A DNA stretch of 64,000 nucleotides from Candidatus Latescibacterota bacterium (lineage in GTDB: Bacteria > Latescibacterota > UBA2968). The translations under genes and the position numbers were made by a program. The stretch lies in assembly GCA_965198115.1 (NCBI GenBank), contig OZ240241.1, positions 8,064,001 through 8,128,000 on the forward strand, given 5' to 3'. How positions within the stretch are numbered: the stretch's first letter is position 1; each line of letters begins with the position of its first letter. The notes beneath the pieces are model-generated. The model was not told the DNA's origin and searched no databases. It worked only from the letters and a program-made list of their open reading frames with translations. Positions 1-10,405 of this stretch are shown in pieces.

Positions 1-440
1 TCGCTGATACCGAGACGCGCAACCGTGCGGTCGATTCTCACGGGCTCGGGCGCCGTCACGACGACGACGGACTCGCACAGCCCGTCCGGGTCTCCCCATT
101 CCAGAAGCACCGGCGCCTCGATCACGATCGGTCGATCCGGCGCCGCCGCCTCGACCTGCGCTCTGAGCAATCGACCGACCGCCGGCCACACGACATCCGT
201 CAGCGCCACGCGGTCCGCATCCGTCGCAAACGCCCGCCGTCCGAGCTCGCGTCGATCGAGTTCCCCATCGACGAGCAGGTCCTCACCGAATCGCTCGAGG
301 AGACGGGCTCGTACGTCGGACTCGCCCAGCGCCAGGTGCGCCACGCGATCCGCATCGATCACCGTCGCACCCCACTCCGCGAACAGCCGACAGACCGTGC
401 TCTTACCGGATCCGATGCTCCCGGTCACTCCGATCGTCAC
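1..440 (-). CDS. coaE: Dephospho-CoA kinase (runs off the left edge)
   Basis: Manual translation from GTG at 440: MTIGVTGSIGSGKSTVCRLFAEWGATVIDADRVAH (P-loop plus IDAD motif). Start overlaps the upstream stop (GTGA). Confidence 0.9.
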   Translation of the reverse strand, partial: MTIGVTGSIGSGKSTVCRLFAEWGATVIDADRVAHLALGESDVRARLLERFGEDLLVDGELDRRELGRRAFATDADRVALTDVVWPAVGRLLRAQVEAAAPDRPIVIEAPVLLEWGDPDGLCESVVVVTAPEPVRIDRTVARLGIS

Positions 441-1381
441 GGACCGTCCTCCGTATCCCGTTGCCGACGGACCTTGAGGCGCAATCTGAGGGGCAACGCG
501 TCGTGCGGATCCTCGCGCTCCCAGGCAGCCACACGGGCTCTGTTCCTGATCCGGAGAGCCACATAGCACAGGATGATCAGAATGCTCGCTGCCAGCCAGA
601 TCGCTTCAGGAGAAGTCAGCACCGCCCACGGGCCGAATCGTCGTCCCGCATATTCGAGGAAGGCCGACTCGAACGCCCCCGGCGTCATACCCGTCGTTCG
701 AAACAGAACCACATCGAACGCTACACCCGCCGACAGCTCCTCGATCATCGCCGGAAGGGTGCCGGGCCCACCCAGCTCGATCAGGAAAAGCACGGCAAGC
801 AGACTTTCCGTATAGGCGAGCTGCGCGCGCGTGGACCCGAACGTCAGAACCGAATCGATATCGGCAAGCGGAAGGACGCCGGTGCCGAGAGCAGCAACCA
901 GAACTTTGAGGCTCTGATGGAGTCGCCATTCCTCGGCGACCCACATGGCAACGCCTTCGTTGAACCAGACAGGGAGTACGACGGCCGCCTTCGATACGGC
1001 GGCGTGGAGGAGGATGTGGGAGAGTTCGTGACGAGCTGTCTTGACGAGTTCGTCGGATTGACCCGGCAGACGTCGGAGAATCAGGGTCCGGCTGTCAGGA
1101 AAGGCAACCCCGACGCCCCAGTGGGGTACGCGATGGTCGGACAGATCGTGAAACTGATCGTCCGACGTCGCCAGATACGCCTCGATCGGGATGGGATCCA
1201 AACCGCCGAGATCGCAGGCGACGGCGCTGCGACCTTCGACGAGTTGGGCGAGAACGCGTTCGGCCAGCGCTTCGCTGCCGCGCGGATGGTGCAGCCGGAT
1301 GCCCGCCAGCTCGAGCTGACTCCATTCCGATGCCACGCACGGAACGCTGAGGAACAGCCAGACCCAGAGGGCCCACGAAAT
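437..1381 (-). CDS. Peptidase MA-family (HExxH) metallohydrolase, membrane-anchored; start codon uncertain
   Basis: HELSH zinc motif followed by PVWFNEGVA; signal-like N-terminus (SWALWVWLFLSVPCVA) and a C-terminal TM helix. No ATG/GTG in frame at the expected start; ATT at 1381 used. Confidence 0.75.
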   Translation of the reverse strand: MSWALWVWLFLSVPCVASEWSQLELAGIRLHHPRGSEALAERVLAQLVEGRSAVACDLGGLDPIPIEAYLATSDDQFHDLSDHRVPHWGVGVAFPDSRTLILRRLPGQSDELVKTARHELSHILLHAAVSKAAVVLPVWFNEGVAMWVAEEWRLHQSLKVLVAALGTGVLPLADIDSVLTFGSTRAQLAYTESLLAVLFLIELGGPGTLPAMIEELSAGVAFDVVLFRTTGMTPGAFESAFLEYAGRRFGPWAVLTSPEAIWLAASILIILCYVALRIRNRARVAAWEREDPHDALPLRLRLKVRRQRDTEDGP

Positions 1382-1385
1382 CCGA

Positions 1386-2243
1386 CTACTTCTTGGCCTT
1401 ACCCAGATATTTGAAGAACTCGGTGTCGAGCGGCAACACCACGGTCGTGCCTTCGCCGAGTGTCTTTTCATAGGCTTCGAGCGTGCGCTGGAATTCGTAG
1501 AACTGGGGGTCTCTTTCGAAGGCGTCCGCGTAGATCCGGAGTGCTTCGGCGTCCCCTTCGCCACGAAGCCGCTGGGCCTGCAGGGTGGCCTCCGACCTGA
1601 TCCGAGTGACTTCGAGGTCTGTCTCCGCCCGGATCTTGAGCGCCGCCTCTTCACCCTCGGCCCGATACTCCTTGGCCTGACGCGCCCGCTCCGCACGCAT
1701 GCGATCGAACACGTTCTTCTTGTTTTCCTCTGGCAGGTCGGCGCGCTTGATTCTCACGTCGACCACTTCGATCCCCAGATTCGCGGCATCGTTCCGACAC
1801 TTGCCCGTGACCGACTTCATGATCGCGTCTCGATCGCCGGAGACGACTTCCTCGAGTGTGTGCTGGCCCAGCTCCTCGCGAACGGCGGCGTAGATGATAT
1901 CGTCCAACCGGGATTGCGCCCCGAAGACCGTCTGAACGGATCGCATGAACTTTAAGGGATCGACGATCCGCCAACGCGCGAAATTGTCGACGATCAGGTT
2001 CTTCTTGTCCAACGTGTAGATCGGTGCCGGATCGGCATCGCTCGCCAGCAGCCGGTCGTCGAACCGGTGGACCTGCTCGATGAAAGGAGCCCGAATCTGG
2101 AGCCCGGGTGACTGGATCGTTCGCAGCGGATTACCCAGCCGCGTCACAACGACCGATTCACGTTCCTCAACGACGAAGAAAATGGCGTCGACTGCGATAC
2201 CGATGATAACCAATCCGACGAGTATCCCGATCAGAGCCTTCAA
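1386..2243 (-). CDS. hflC: FtsH protease modulator HflC (SPFH)
   Basis: N-terminal TM, DKKNLIVDNFARWRI, RMRAER, DPQFYEFQRTLEAY; adjacent to hflK. Confidence 0.93.
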   Translation of the reverse strand: MKALIGILVGLVIIGIAVDAIFFVVEERESVVVTRLGNPLRTIQSPGLQIRAPFIEQVHRFDDRLLASDADPAPIYTLDKKNLIVDNFARWRIVDPLKFMRSVQTVFGAQSRLDDIIYAAVREELGQHTLEEVVSGDRDAIMKSVTGKCRNDAANLGIEVVDVRIKRADLPEENKKNVFDRMRAERARQAKEYRAEGEEAALKIRAETDLEVTRIRSEATLQAQRLRGEGDAEALRIYADAFERDPQFYEFQRTLEAYEKTLGEGTTVVLPLDTEFFKYLGKAKK

Positions 2244-3220
2244 GGCGTGGACCCTCCCCGTGCGTCCCTCTGAAGCTGGAGAACGTTCAGAATGCCACCC
2301 TGTCCATCCGATTGCACGACGAACTTCTGGATCCCGGGAAGGATCTTTTCCATCGTCTCCAGATACAGCCGGGTTTCGGTCACATTCCGCGCCTTTCGAT
2401 ACTCCGTCAGTACCTTCAAAAACCGCTCGGCATCGCCCTGCGAGCGTTTGATGCGCTCGACTTGATAGGCTTCCGCACCGCGGACGACCTGCTCGGCCTC
2501 GCCGCGTGCCTTCGGGATGATTTCGTTCCGGTAGGCCTCCGCCTCGTTCCGCAGACGCTCCCGATCCTCACGCGCGCTCGCGACGTCCTTGAAGGCCGGA
2601 TCCACTTCACGAGGAACGGCCACGGCCTGGAGCTTCACGGTCCCCACGTGAATCCCCATGTCGTAGATGTCCAGCACGTTACGGATCTGGTCTTCCATCT
2701 CATTCTGAATCTGAAGCTTACCCTCGGTCAGGGCTTCGTCGATCGTGTGGGTGCCGATCACCTGCCGGAGAGCGGACTCGGCGACGCTGCGCACGGCCTC
2801 GGTCTGCCCGTTTACGTTGAACAGGTAGTCTTGGATGTTGCTGATGCGATACTGCACGATCAGCTCCACATCCACGATGTTTTCGTCCCCCGTCAACATC
2901 ACAGACTCACGAAGCACCTTTTGGTAGCGGGGGGCCGGTTCGAGGCTGATCGTCCGGAAGCCGATCTCCAGACGCTTGACCTGAGTGACCTTTTCCTTCT
3001 CGATCTTCTCGATGGGTCGCGGGAGGTGGTAGTGGATCCCCGATTCTGACAGACGGACCGCCTCCCCGAACCGGAACACCACGGCCTGCTCTTCGGGATT
3101 GACGATGTAAATGCCGCTGGCGAACCACAACAACACGAACGCCGCCACGATGTAAGTGACTGTTCGGGCGTTGATGTTCAGATCCAGCTGGGGTCGGTTG
3201 GGAAAGTCGTATTGTTGCAT
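2240..3220 (-). CDS. hflK: FtsH protease modulator HflK (SPFH)
   Basis: MLTGDENIVDV, AFKDVASARED, RLYLETMEKIL motifs. Confidence 0.93.
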   Translation of the reverse strand: MQQYDFPNRPQLDLNINARTVTYIVAAFVLLWFASGIYIVNPEEQAVVFRFGEAVRLSESGIHYHLPRPIEKIEKEKVTQVKRLEIGFRTISLEPAPRYQKVLRESVMLTGDENIVDVELIVQYRISNIQDYLFNVNGQTEAVRSVAESALRQVIGTHTIDEALTEGKLQIQNEMEDQIRNVLDIYDMGIHVGTVKLQAVAVPREVDPAFKDVASAREDRERLRNEAEAYRNEIIPKARGEAEQVVRGAEAYQVERIKRSQGDAERFLKVLTEYRKARNVTETRLYLETMEKILPGIQKFVVQSDGQGGILNVLQLQRDARGGSTP

Positions 3221-3230
3221 GGAAATCCAA

Positions 3231-4175
3231 TCAGCTCGTCACACGAGCTCTTAGGGCCTCGCCGATGCCACGTACACCGTCGATGCCGCGCAAGGTCACG
3301 TTGATACCCGCCAGTTGATTCGCGAACCGTGAGGCTTCGACAGGATCGCGCAGATCGAGGTAGGACCGGGCAAAACCCATCAGGAACACGTCTCCGCACC
3401 CGGTCTCGTCCTGCGCGGGGCCCGCAGGTTTGGCGGGCGAATGATGAAAGCGGGTCTCACCGGCGTCCGTGAAAACCACGTCCGCACCCTCCTCACCCCG
3501 GGTGACGATCACCACCTCGGATCCGTTTTCGATCAGCTGTCGGCCGAACGATAGCGTGGCTTCATCATCGATCAGCGGGTGTCCGGCCAAGAGCACCGCC
3601 TCAATCTCGTTCATCTGAACCACGTCTGCGCACGCCGTCCACGCCTGCCAGTTCGGCGGCACCCGGAGAAACCGTCGCCGCTCGTCATCCGTCCCGAGCG
3701 ACAGACTGTGCACGTCCATAAAAATCGTGGCATCCGTCGCTCTGCGCGCCGCCTGCAGCGTCTCGAGGTCGAGCTCAAGACCCGTAATGAAATTCACGCA
3801 CAGTGCTTCAGCGTCTAAATACGGTTCGAGTCGCTCGAGCATCAACTTCGGGACACCGCCCTGGAGGGTTTCCTGCTTGTTCCCCTCCGCGTCGTAATCC
3901 AGAAAGCAATGTGTGTTCTTGTCGGGGACGAAGTCGACCCCGTCCAGCGAAACACCGTTCAGCGGAGCAAGGATCGTCTCGACGACCGTCCGCACGTCTT
4001 CGCCGACGTTAACAACCGGGAAGATCGTCGTGCGGTCATCCGCGATGGCGGCCAGCGGGAGAATACTGTAGAGGAGCCCGCCGTAGCTTTCGGTCTCCAC
4101 CCCATCCGAAGTTCGAATCGTGTCTCGATTGATCGCACCGACGAGCGCGATCCGCCGGCTCCCAGCGTCTGCCAT
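3231..4175 (-). CDS. PfkB-family carbohydrate kinase
   Basis: QMNEIE, VTRGEEG and DETGCGDVF (PfkB signature); start taken at MADAGSRR. Confidence 0.85.
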   Translation of the reverse strand: MADAGSRRIALVGAINRDTIRTSDGVETESYGGLLYSILPLAAIADDRTTIFPVVNVGEDVRTVVETILAPLNGVSLDGVDFVPDKNTHCFLDYDAEGNKQETLQGGVPKLMLERLEPYLDAEALCVNFITGLELDLETLQAARRATDATIFMDVHSLSLGTDDERRRFLRVPPNWQAWTACADVVQMNEIEAVLLAGHPLIDDEATLSFGRQLIENGSEVVIVTRGEEGADVVFTDAGETRFHHSPAKPAGPAQDETGCGDVFLMGFARSYLDLRDPVEASRFANQLAGINVTLRGIDGVRGIGEALRARVTS

Positions 4176-4274
4176 TAAGCCCCTCCTAAACAGGCAGTTG
4201 CGTCGGCCGCCGCCAGGGCCGAAGTGCACCCAATCTACCACAATCCATGTGGGGTGTCAACAAACCCGGCGTGC

Positions 4275-6350
4275 TCAGCCGACCGTCGGAACACGGAGGC
4301 CCGCGGTCTCGAGCGCGGCAATCCGTTCCACGAGGAGGGGGTGTGTGTCGAGGCCGGGATCGGCCCTCAACAGTCCGACCGCCTCCTCTCTCGCGGCCTC
4401 CATCAAACCCGTGTCTCGAACGAGGTCGACGAACCGGAATTCGGGCAATCCGGCCTGACGTGTACCGAACAGCTGGCCGCTTCCTCGGATTCGCAGGTCC
4501 TCCTCGGCGATCTCGAATCCATCACCGGTCCGGACCATGGCCTCCAGACGCGCTCTGGCATCGTCCGTCAGTTCGTCTTCGGGATCTGCGACCAGAATAC
4601 AGTAGGAAGCGTGGGTGCCCCGTCCCACACGGCCGCGAAGCTGATGGAGCTGCGACAGACCGAAACGCTCTGCGTGCTCCACGCACACGACCGTCGCGTT
4701 GGGCACGTCAACACCGACTTCGACGACCGTCGTCGTTACGAGCACGTCGACGCCGCCCGAACGAAACCGATCCATCACGCTCAGCTTGTCCTCTGACTTC
4801 ATTCGACCGTGGAGCAGCTCGACCCTCAATCCCGCGAACGCGCCCTTTTGAAGGTCCGCGTGTGCTTGTGTGGCTGCACGGGTCTCGGATCGCGCGGACC
4901 CCTCGACGAGCGGATAGATCAGGTAGGCTTGTCTGCCGGAGGCAACCTGTTCACGCATGAACGCGAACGCCTTCTCTCGATCGGAAGCCGGTCGCCACCC
5001 CGTCGTGATCGGCAACCGACCGGAGGGCAATTCGTCGATGACCGTCACATCCAGGTGACCATACAGCGTCAGCGAGAGGGACCGCGGTATCGGCGTCGCC
5101 GTCGTGACCAGCACGTGGGGCGTGCGACCCTTTTCCCACAGGGTCGCCCTCTGCTCGACGCCGAATCGGTGCTGCTCGTCGATCACGACGAGGCGCAGGT
5201 CTTTGAAAACGGTACCCTCCTGGATCAGCGCGTGCGTCCCCACCACGATCGGCATCCTCCCCAATGCGATGAGAGCGCTCGCAGCCTCCCGCTCCGCCGG
5301 GGTCCGGGTCCCCGTCACGACCCCCACACCCAGATCGAACGGCTTCAGCAACCGTCTGAGCGTATGTCCGTGTTGCTCGGCCAGCACTTCGGTCGGAGCC
5401 ATTATCGCGACCTGCCCTCCTGCCTCCACGACCGGAAGGGCAGCGAGCACGGCAACGAGTGTCTTTCCCGATCCCACATCTCCCTGAAGCAGACGATGCA
5501 GGGGACGTCCTCCGGCCAGGTCGGCCCAGATCTCATCGAGGGCACGTCGTTGCCCGCCCGTCAGGCTAAACGGAAGCGCGTCGATCAGCTTGCCCGTCAG
5601 ATCTCCCGGCGTCACCACGGGCGACACCGCGTCCGACGTTCGGCGACGCTGCATCGCCCAAAGCTGCACTTCGAGCCCCTCGCCGAAGGCCAGACTCTTC
5701 CTCGCCACCTCCACGTCCTCCATCTTGTCCGGAAAGTGGATCTGCGCCAGCGCCTCGCGTCTCCCCAGGAGTCCAGCTCGTGTCCGAACCGGTTCCGGCA
5801 CGACCTCCTCGACCGGCCACCCATCGATCACCTGCCTGATCAACCGTCTCAGCGTCCGCGTCGTCAGTCCGGCCTGCTTCATCTCCTCCGTCGTCGTATA
5901 GAGCGGAATCACCCGACCTGTATGGAGACGGTCACCTTCGTCACCCTCGTCGATAGACTCGACCTCGGGATGCACCATCTGAAGACGTCGACGATACCGG
6001 CTCAGCTTGCCCGCGATCGCCACCCAGTCACCGGCCTCGTGGCGGTCTGCTGCAGCGTGTCGCCCGAACCAGACGCAGATCAGTTCGCCCGAATCGTCGG
6101 ACACCCTCATCTCGATCCGGGGCCGGCGACCCGGCACACGCTCCGTCGAACCCACCTTTCCGACGACCGTCACCTCGTGCCCTTCCGGCAGGTTCGCAAT
6201 CAGGTCTTCCTCGCTCCGGTCCAGGTAGCGCCGGGGGAGCAGCAACAACAGGTCCTGGATCGTACGAACCCCGATCGACTCGAGAACCGTCACGCGACGG
6301 GGCCCGACACCCGTCAGGACGCCGACGGATTGATCGAGCTCAAGGGACAA
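4275..6350 (-). CDS. recG: ATP-dependent DNA helicase RecG
   Basis: OB wedge domain, QGDVGSGKT, DEQHRFG, QLRGRVGRG, DGFEIAEEDLRIRG. Confidence 0.96.
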   Translation of the reverse strand: MSLELDQSVGVLTGVGPRRVTVLESIGVRTIQDLLLLLPRRYLDRSEEDLIANLPEGHEVTVVGKVGSTERVPGRRPRIEMRVSDDSGELICVWFGRHAAADRHEAGDWVAIAGKLSRYRRRLQMVHPEVESIDEGDEGDRLHTGRVIPLYTTTEEMKQAGLTTRTLRRLIRQVIDGWPVEEVVPEPVRTRAGLLGRREALAQIHFPDKMEDVEVARKSLAFGEGLEVQLWAMQRRRTSDAVSPVVTPGDLTGKLIDALPFSLTGGQRRALDEIWADLAGGRPLHRLLQGDVGSGKTLVAVLAALPVVEAGGQVAIMAPTEVLAEQHGHTLRRLLKPFDLGVGVVTGTRTPAEREAASALIALGRMPIVVGTHALIQEGTVFKDLRLVVIDEQHRFGVEQRATLWEKGRTPHVLVTTATPIPRSLSLTLYGHLDVTVIDELPSGRLPITTGWRPASDREKAFAFMREQVASGRQAYLIYPLVEGSARSETRAATQAHADLQKGAFAGLRVELLHGRMKSEDKLSVMDRFRSGGVDVLVTTTVVEVGVDVPNATVVCVEHAERFGLSQLHQLRGRVGRGTHASYCILVADPEDELTDDARARLEAMVRTGDGFEIAEEDLRIRGSGQLFGTRQAGLPEFRFVDLVRDTGLMEAAREEAVGLLRADPGLDTHPLLVERIAALETAGLRVPTVG

Positions 6351-6384
6351 GAAATTCTCTCGTAAGTGATTGTATCATCGACGC

Positions 6385-6413
6385 TTGACCCACATGATCG
6401 CCCTCCGTATATT
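6385..6413 (+). promoter_or_regulatory. Putative sigma70 promoter
   Basis: TTGACC-17 bp-TATATT upstream of the ATG at 6478. Confidence 0.5.
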
Positions 6414-6477
6414 CGGTCGGATCCCCGCCAGATCCCCACCGAATGACCTTCTCCGAACATCGATCGAATTGCTAACG

Positions 6478-8391
6478 ATGCGCGCCATCCTCGGATTCGT
6501 GATTGCTGGCCTGCTGTGGGTAACCCCCGTCTGCGCCCAGTCGACACCCCTCACCTTCAGCCAGGAAGCTGAGACGCACTTCCAGCGTGCTCTCGCGCGT
6601 TACATCAAGAAAAACTATGTCGGAGCGCGAGAGACGCTGATCGAACTCGTCGAGCAGCACGCCGCCAACCAGCGTACGTCCGCAGCGCGACTCCTCCTCG
6701 GAAAGAGCCACTACAAGCTCGGGTCCTACAACGAAGCGCTCGCGGCTGCCATCGAGCTCTACGAACACTTCCCCTACAGCCGTTACCTGCCCGACGCCGA
6801 TCTCCTGATTGGCGATTGCTACTTCCGCCAAAACCAGATTTACAGCGCATCGACCCAGTACGCAAGAGTCCTCACTGCTCGGGCACCAACCGAGCTGAAG
6901 GCACGTGCCGCGGACCGACTCGGCCAGATGGTCGGCACCGGTCGGCTCACCGGCCGCGACGTCGCGCGACTGCGAGCCGACTTCGGAGAGATGATCGTCA
7001 ACGAGGCCGTCGCATTCGGGCAGGCCAGGTGGCCGGAAAAGCTCGGCCAGGTTGTCGAAGCCGACAAACGTCTCGCCGTCTTTCTGGAACGCTTTCCGAA
7101 TGGGTACCTCGAGCCCCTCGTAAGACGACGTCTGCTGGCCAGCGCCGCACGGACGGTCGATCCTGAACCAGAGGAGAACCTACCCACACAGGCCGAAGTC
7201 GAAGAGGACCCCTCCCAGGCAAAATACAAGATCGGCATCATCGCCCCTCTCAAATCGGCGGTCGGTCAGAACCTGAGGGACGGCATTCTTCTGGCTCGCG
7301 AACGCTACCCGCTCTCGAGCGGGAAACAGATCGGCCTGATTTTTCAGGACTCTGAAGGAAGCCCGATTCGAGCCGTCAAAGCTGCCGAGCGCATCGTCGA
7401 GCAATACGACGTGATCGCTATCATCGGCGCTCTCAGCAGTCTCGAAACGATTCCGCTGGCCGCACACCTCAGCCCTCAAGGCGTGCCCCTGATCGCTCCC
7501 ACCGCCTCGACCGACGAAATCGCATCGCTGCCGGCCGTCTTCCAGATGAACGCCACCCCGGGGGCTCAGGGCCGGCGGCTCGCCGACTACGCCGTCGGTA
7601 AGATCGGGCTGCGCACCCTGGCCACCCTCGCGCCCCGGGACGCCTACGGAAATCGTCTGGCCAAGGAATTCACGACCCGGGCCGAAGAACTGGGTGGGGA
7701 AGTCATCGTTCAGGAGTGGTTCGAGCCTGGGGCCACCGACTACCGTGGACAATTCAGTCGGATCCGCGATGCCGGACTCGCGTTGCGCATGCCCGAAGCG
7801 TTCGAGGGCAAGATCGACTCTCTCCTGCTGGGTGGGATTACGATTACCCCTCCTCCCCCAATCCCCGTCGACCCGGACACCGTGCAGCCCGAGAAGGTCC
7901 ATACGCTCGATGCCCTGCTCGTCGGGGCGGCAAGCGCCGAGGACGTACTCCTGATCACGCCGCAGGTGGCTTCGGCGCTGATCGACGCGCAACTCCTCGG
8001 AAGCGACGGATGGAATTTTCCCGAAGTTGCCCGAGACGGTGGCAACTACGTCGACAAAGCGATCTTCGTCGCAAAATACTACGACCGAAGCGCACTGCCG
8101 TCCGTTCAGGAATTCGTGAACCTCTACCGCGCACGGTTCGGCCGCGACCAGGACATTGCTGCAGCCCTCGGCCACGACGCCATGCGTGCGGCTCGGGAGG
8201 CCATCGAGCGGGGCGGAACCGACCGGGACTCCTTCATTCTGCAACTCCAGGCGCTCCAGGACATCCCCGGCGCGACGGGGTTCATCAGCTTCCGTCCCGG
8301 GGATCGTGAAAACACCTGGATGTATACCCTCAAGGTCCGCAGAGGTCGTATCGAGCCCCTCGCCGAATCCGACCACCCGCAGAGCCCCTGA
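6478..8391 (+). CDS. Secreted TPR + periplasmic-binding-protein type I protein (LpoA-like / LivJ-like ligand-binding domain)
   Basis: Signal peptide, TPR helices (ARLLLGKSHYKLGSY, ADLLIGDCYF), then KIGIIAPL...AIIGALSS...DAYG...GATDY...LGHDA. Confidence 0.75.
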   Translation: MRAILGFVIAGLLWVTPVCAQSTPLTFSQEAETHFQRALARYIKKNYVGARETLIELVEQHAANQRTSAARLLLGKSHYKLGSYNEALAAAIELYEHFPYSRYLPDADLLIGDCYFRQNQIYSASTQYARVLTARAPTELKARAADRLGQMVGTGRLTGRDVARLRADFGEMIVNEAVAFGQARWPEKLGQVVEADKRLAVFLERFPNGYLEPLVRRRLLASAARTVDPEPEENLPTQAEVEEDPSQAKYKIGIIAPLKSAVGQNLRDGILLARERYPLSSGKQIGLIFQDSEGSPIRAVKAAERIVEQYDVIAIIGALSSLETIPLAAHLSPQGVPLIAPTASTDEIASLPAVFQMNATPGAQGRRLADYAVGKIGLRTLATLAPRDAYGNRLAKEFTTRAEELGGEVIVQEWFEPGATDYRGQFSRIRDAGLALRMPEAFEGKIDSLLLGGITITPPPPIPVDPDTVQPEKVHTLDALLVGAASAEDVLLITPQVASALIDAQLLGSDGWNFPEVARDGGNYVDKAIFVAKYYDRSALPSVQEFVNLYRARFGRDQDIAAALGHDAMRAAREAIERGGTDRDSFILQLQALQDIPGATGFISFRPGDRENTWMYTLKVRRGRIEPLAESDHPQSP

Positions 8392-8510
8392 CGTCCGTTC
8401 ATTCTGCCCCGCGAATAAGGGACGAATCCGAATCGGTTCGTCCTTTTGGCATGATGCTTGCCACTCCGACACCGTGAGTTCATCGCCCAACCACGTTTTT
8501 CACGGACGGA

Positions 8511-10317
8511 GTGTGGCTTCTGGCCCAAAAGTCGTCACGCAAACGCGGAACATGTCTTTCACGTCCCGTATCCTGGTCGAACGTTCTTTGCTGCCTCCTC
8601 CTCGCAACCACGTCGGTCCCCGGCCAGCCCATCGATGAACTGGAAGCCGAAGCCTGGCGGCAACACGCGGACGCCCTCGACGGCCTCGTGGTCGACCTCA
8701 ACACGGCGTCACGCGACGCGCTGTTACAGCTGCCCTCCTGGCCGATCGCATCCTGGCCCGACGACGCACACACGGAGCGTTTCGTGACCTGGATCAGCTC
8801 CTGGACGTCGAAGGGATCGAGCGCGAACATCTCGACCCTCTGATTCCCTACGTTGAGACATCGTCCGAACCCGCAAGCCCCGTTCGCATCCGCCACCGAT
8901 GGCGCTTCACACGTGGGTCGGGTCGAGCCACCCGCCTGTCGGATCTCCGCATCGCCCATCGCACGACAGTAACGGGAGAAGGGTTTGAGGCCACGCTCCT
9001 GACCGAGCGCGATCCTCAGGAACGATCCCTGGCCGACCACCGCACGGGCAGCCTGCTGGTTCGTCGCCGCCGCCTCCAGATCGCACTGGGATCCCTCCGT
9101 ATCGGCCACGGTCAGGGTCTTCTCCTCAGCCGTCGCAGGTCGTCGGGACTCACCGCCTCCGCCGTGCGTCGCTCGGAGAGCCGGCGGCCCACCGACCACA
9201 CCTCGTCGGAAACCGGAAGGCTCCTGGGTGTGAGCACGTCTCTGCGGGTCGGGCACGTAGGGACGCGTCTCGTCCTCGCACGCGCAGCGTGGGATGCCGA
9301 CCTGGATGACGGTGTGGCCTCGCCTGTGGGCACGGGTATTCACGTCACATCAGAGCAAGTCGCTCGAAGAGGCCGACTCAAGGAGCGATTCCTCGCGGGC
9401 TCCGTCGGGATGGGGAACCGAACCGCACTTTCGGCCTCGTTCACATCGTCGACCTTTTCAGAGCCCGCCGTGTTCGACGAGGTCCCGCTGCGGAACCTGA
9501 TGGGCTATTCCATTTCGGCGATGGCCGTACGCAGGGGCCAGCGCGTCTTTGCGGAGGTCGCCCGTAGTCTCGACGACACTCCATCCCAGGCCGGACACGC
9601 CTGGCTCGTGGGTACGGACCTTATCCACGATGCATTCCGTCTGACCGCAGCCGCTCGTCATTATGGGCAACACTTCCTCACCCTGCGTGGCACGCCAATC
9701 ACGGCCTATTCGGGATCGACCGACGACGAGATCGGCTGGTTCGTCGGGTGGCAGGTCGTTTGGGTCGGCGCACCCGATTCGAGGTCGACCTCGATCGCCA
9801 CGTTCGCCGGGCTCAGACCGTGCCGGTACGTGGCAGCCGCTGGCGTCTTAAAGCAACGCACGGGCGCGGATCCCTCACGCTGCGCGCGACCGTTTCATCG
9901 CGGCACGACATTGGGCGCGAAACCGGGGACAGGTTCCGTCGACAGCTCAGAGTGTCGGTCACCCGACCCGGCGATACACGGACTCGACTGTGGCTGGACC
10001 AGATCCGCGAGAATCGCAAGGATCGACGTCAACGCAGATTCGGGAGTGGAATCGAATGGCAACGCACTTCTTCACGCGGAAGGTTTTCCATCTGGTATCA
10101 CTACCACCGCATTCACGGATCTGACGCGCGCATCTATGCGTTCCGACCGGACATAGGCGGCGGTCTTCCTGTTGCCCTGACGGGGACTGGATTCCACACC
10201 GGCGTCACTGCGTCGAGAGCATTTGGGCCCTTTCGTCTCTTCTTCCGCTACACGTTTCGGCGCATCAAGAGCGGGAGTCGAACCGACTGGGTGTCTCAAT
10301 TCGAGTGGCGACGGTAG
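8511..10317 (+). pseudogene. ComEA-type helix-hairpin-helix / beta-rich outer-membrane-like protein, two frameshifts
   Basis: VDLNTASRDALLQLP continues in another frame as LLADRILARRRTHGAFRDLDQLLDVEGI (break near 8735, GIGP loop missing). Second break near 9755 (CAGGTC). C-terminus ends WVSQFEWRR. Confidence 0.7.
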
Positions 10318-10405
10318 CTTTACCCTTGTCGCCCGGTCTGTGACGGGCTACATTCAAAAACCCTCCTCCAGCCCGCTTCAGCCTCCCCGCTTCACCAAGC
10401 TACGC

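Noticed and set aside
4224-6365. Long + strand ORFs (190, 237, 518 aa) and similar antisense ORFs over sbcD, ileS and others
   Set aside because: Shadow ORFs of high-GC coding strands; no motifs and biased composition.
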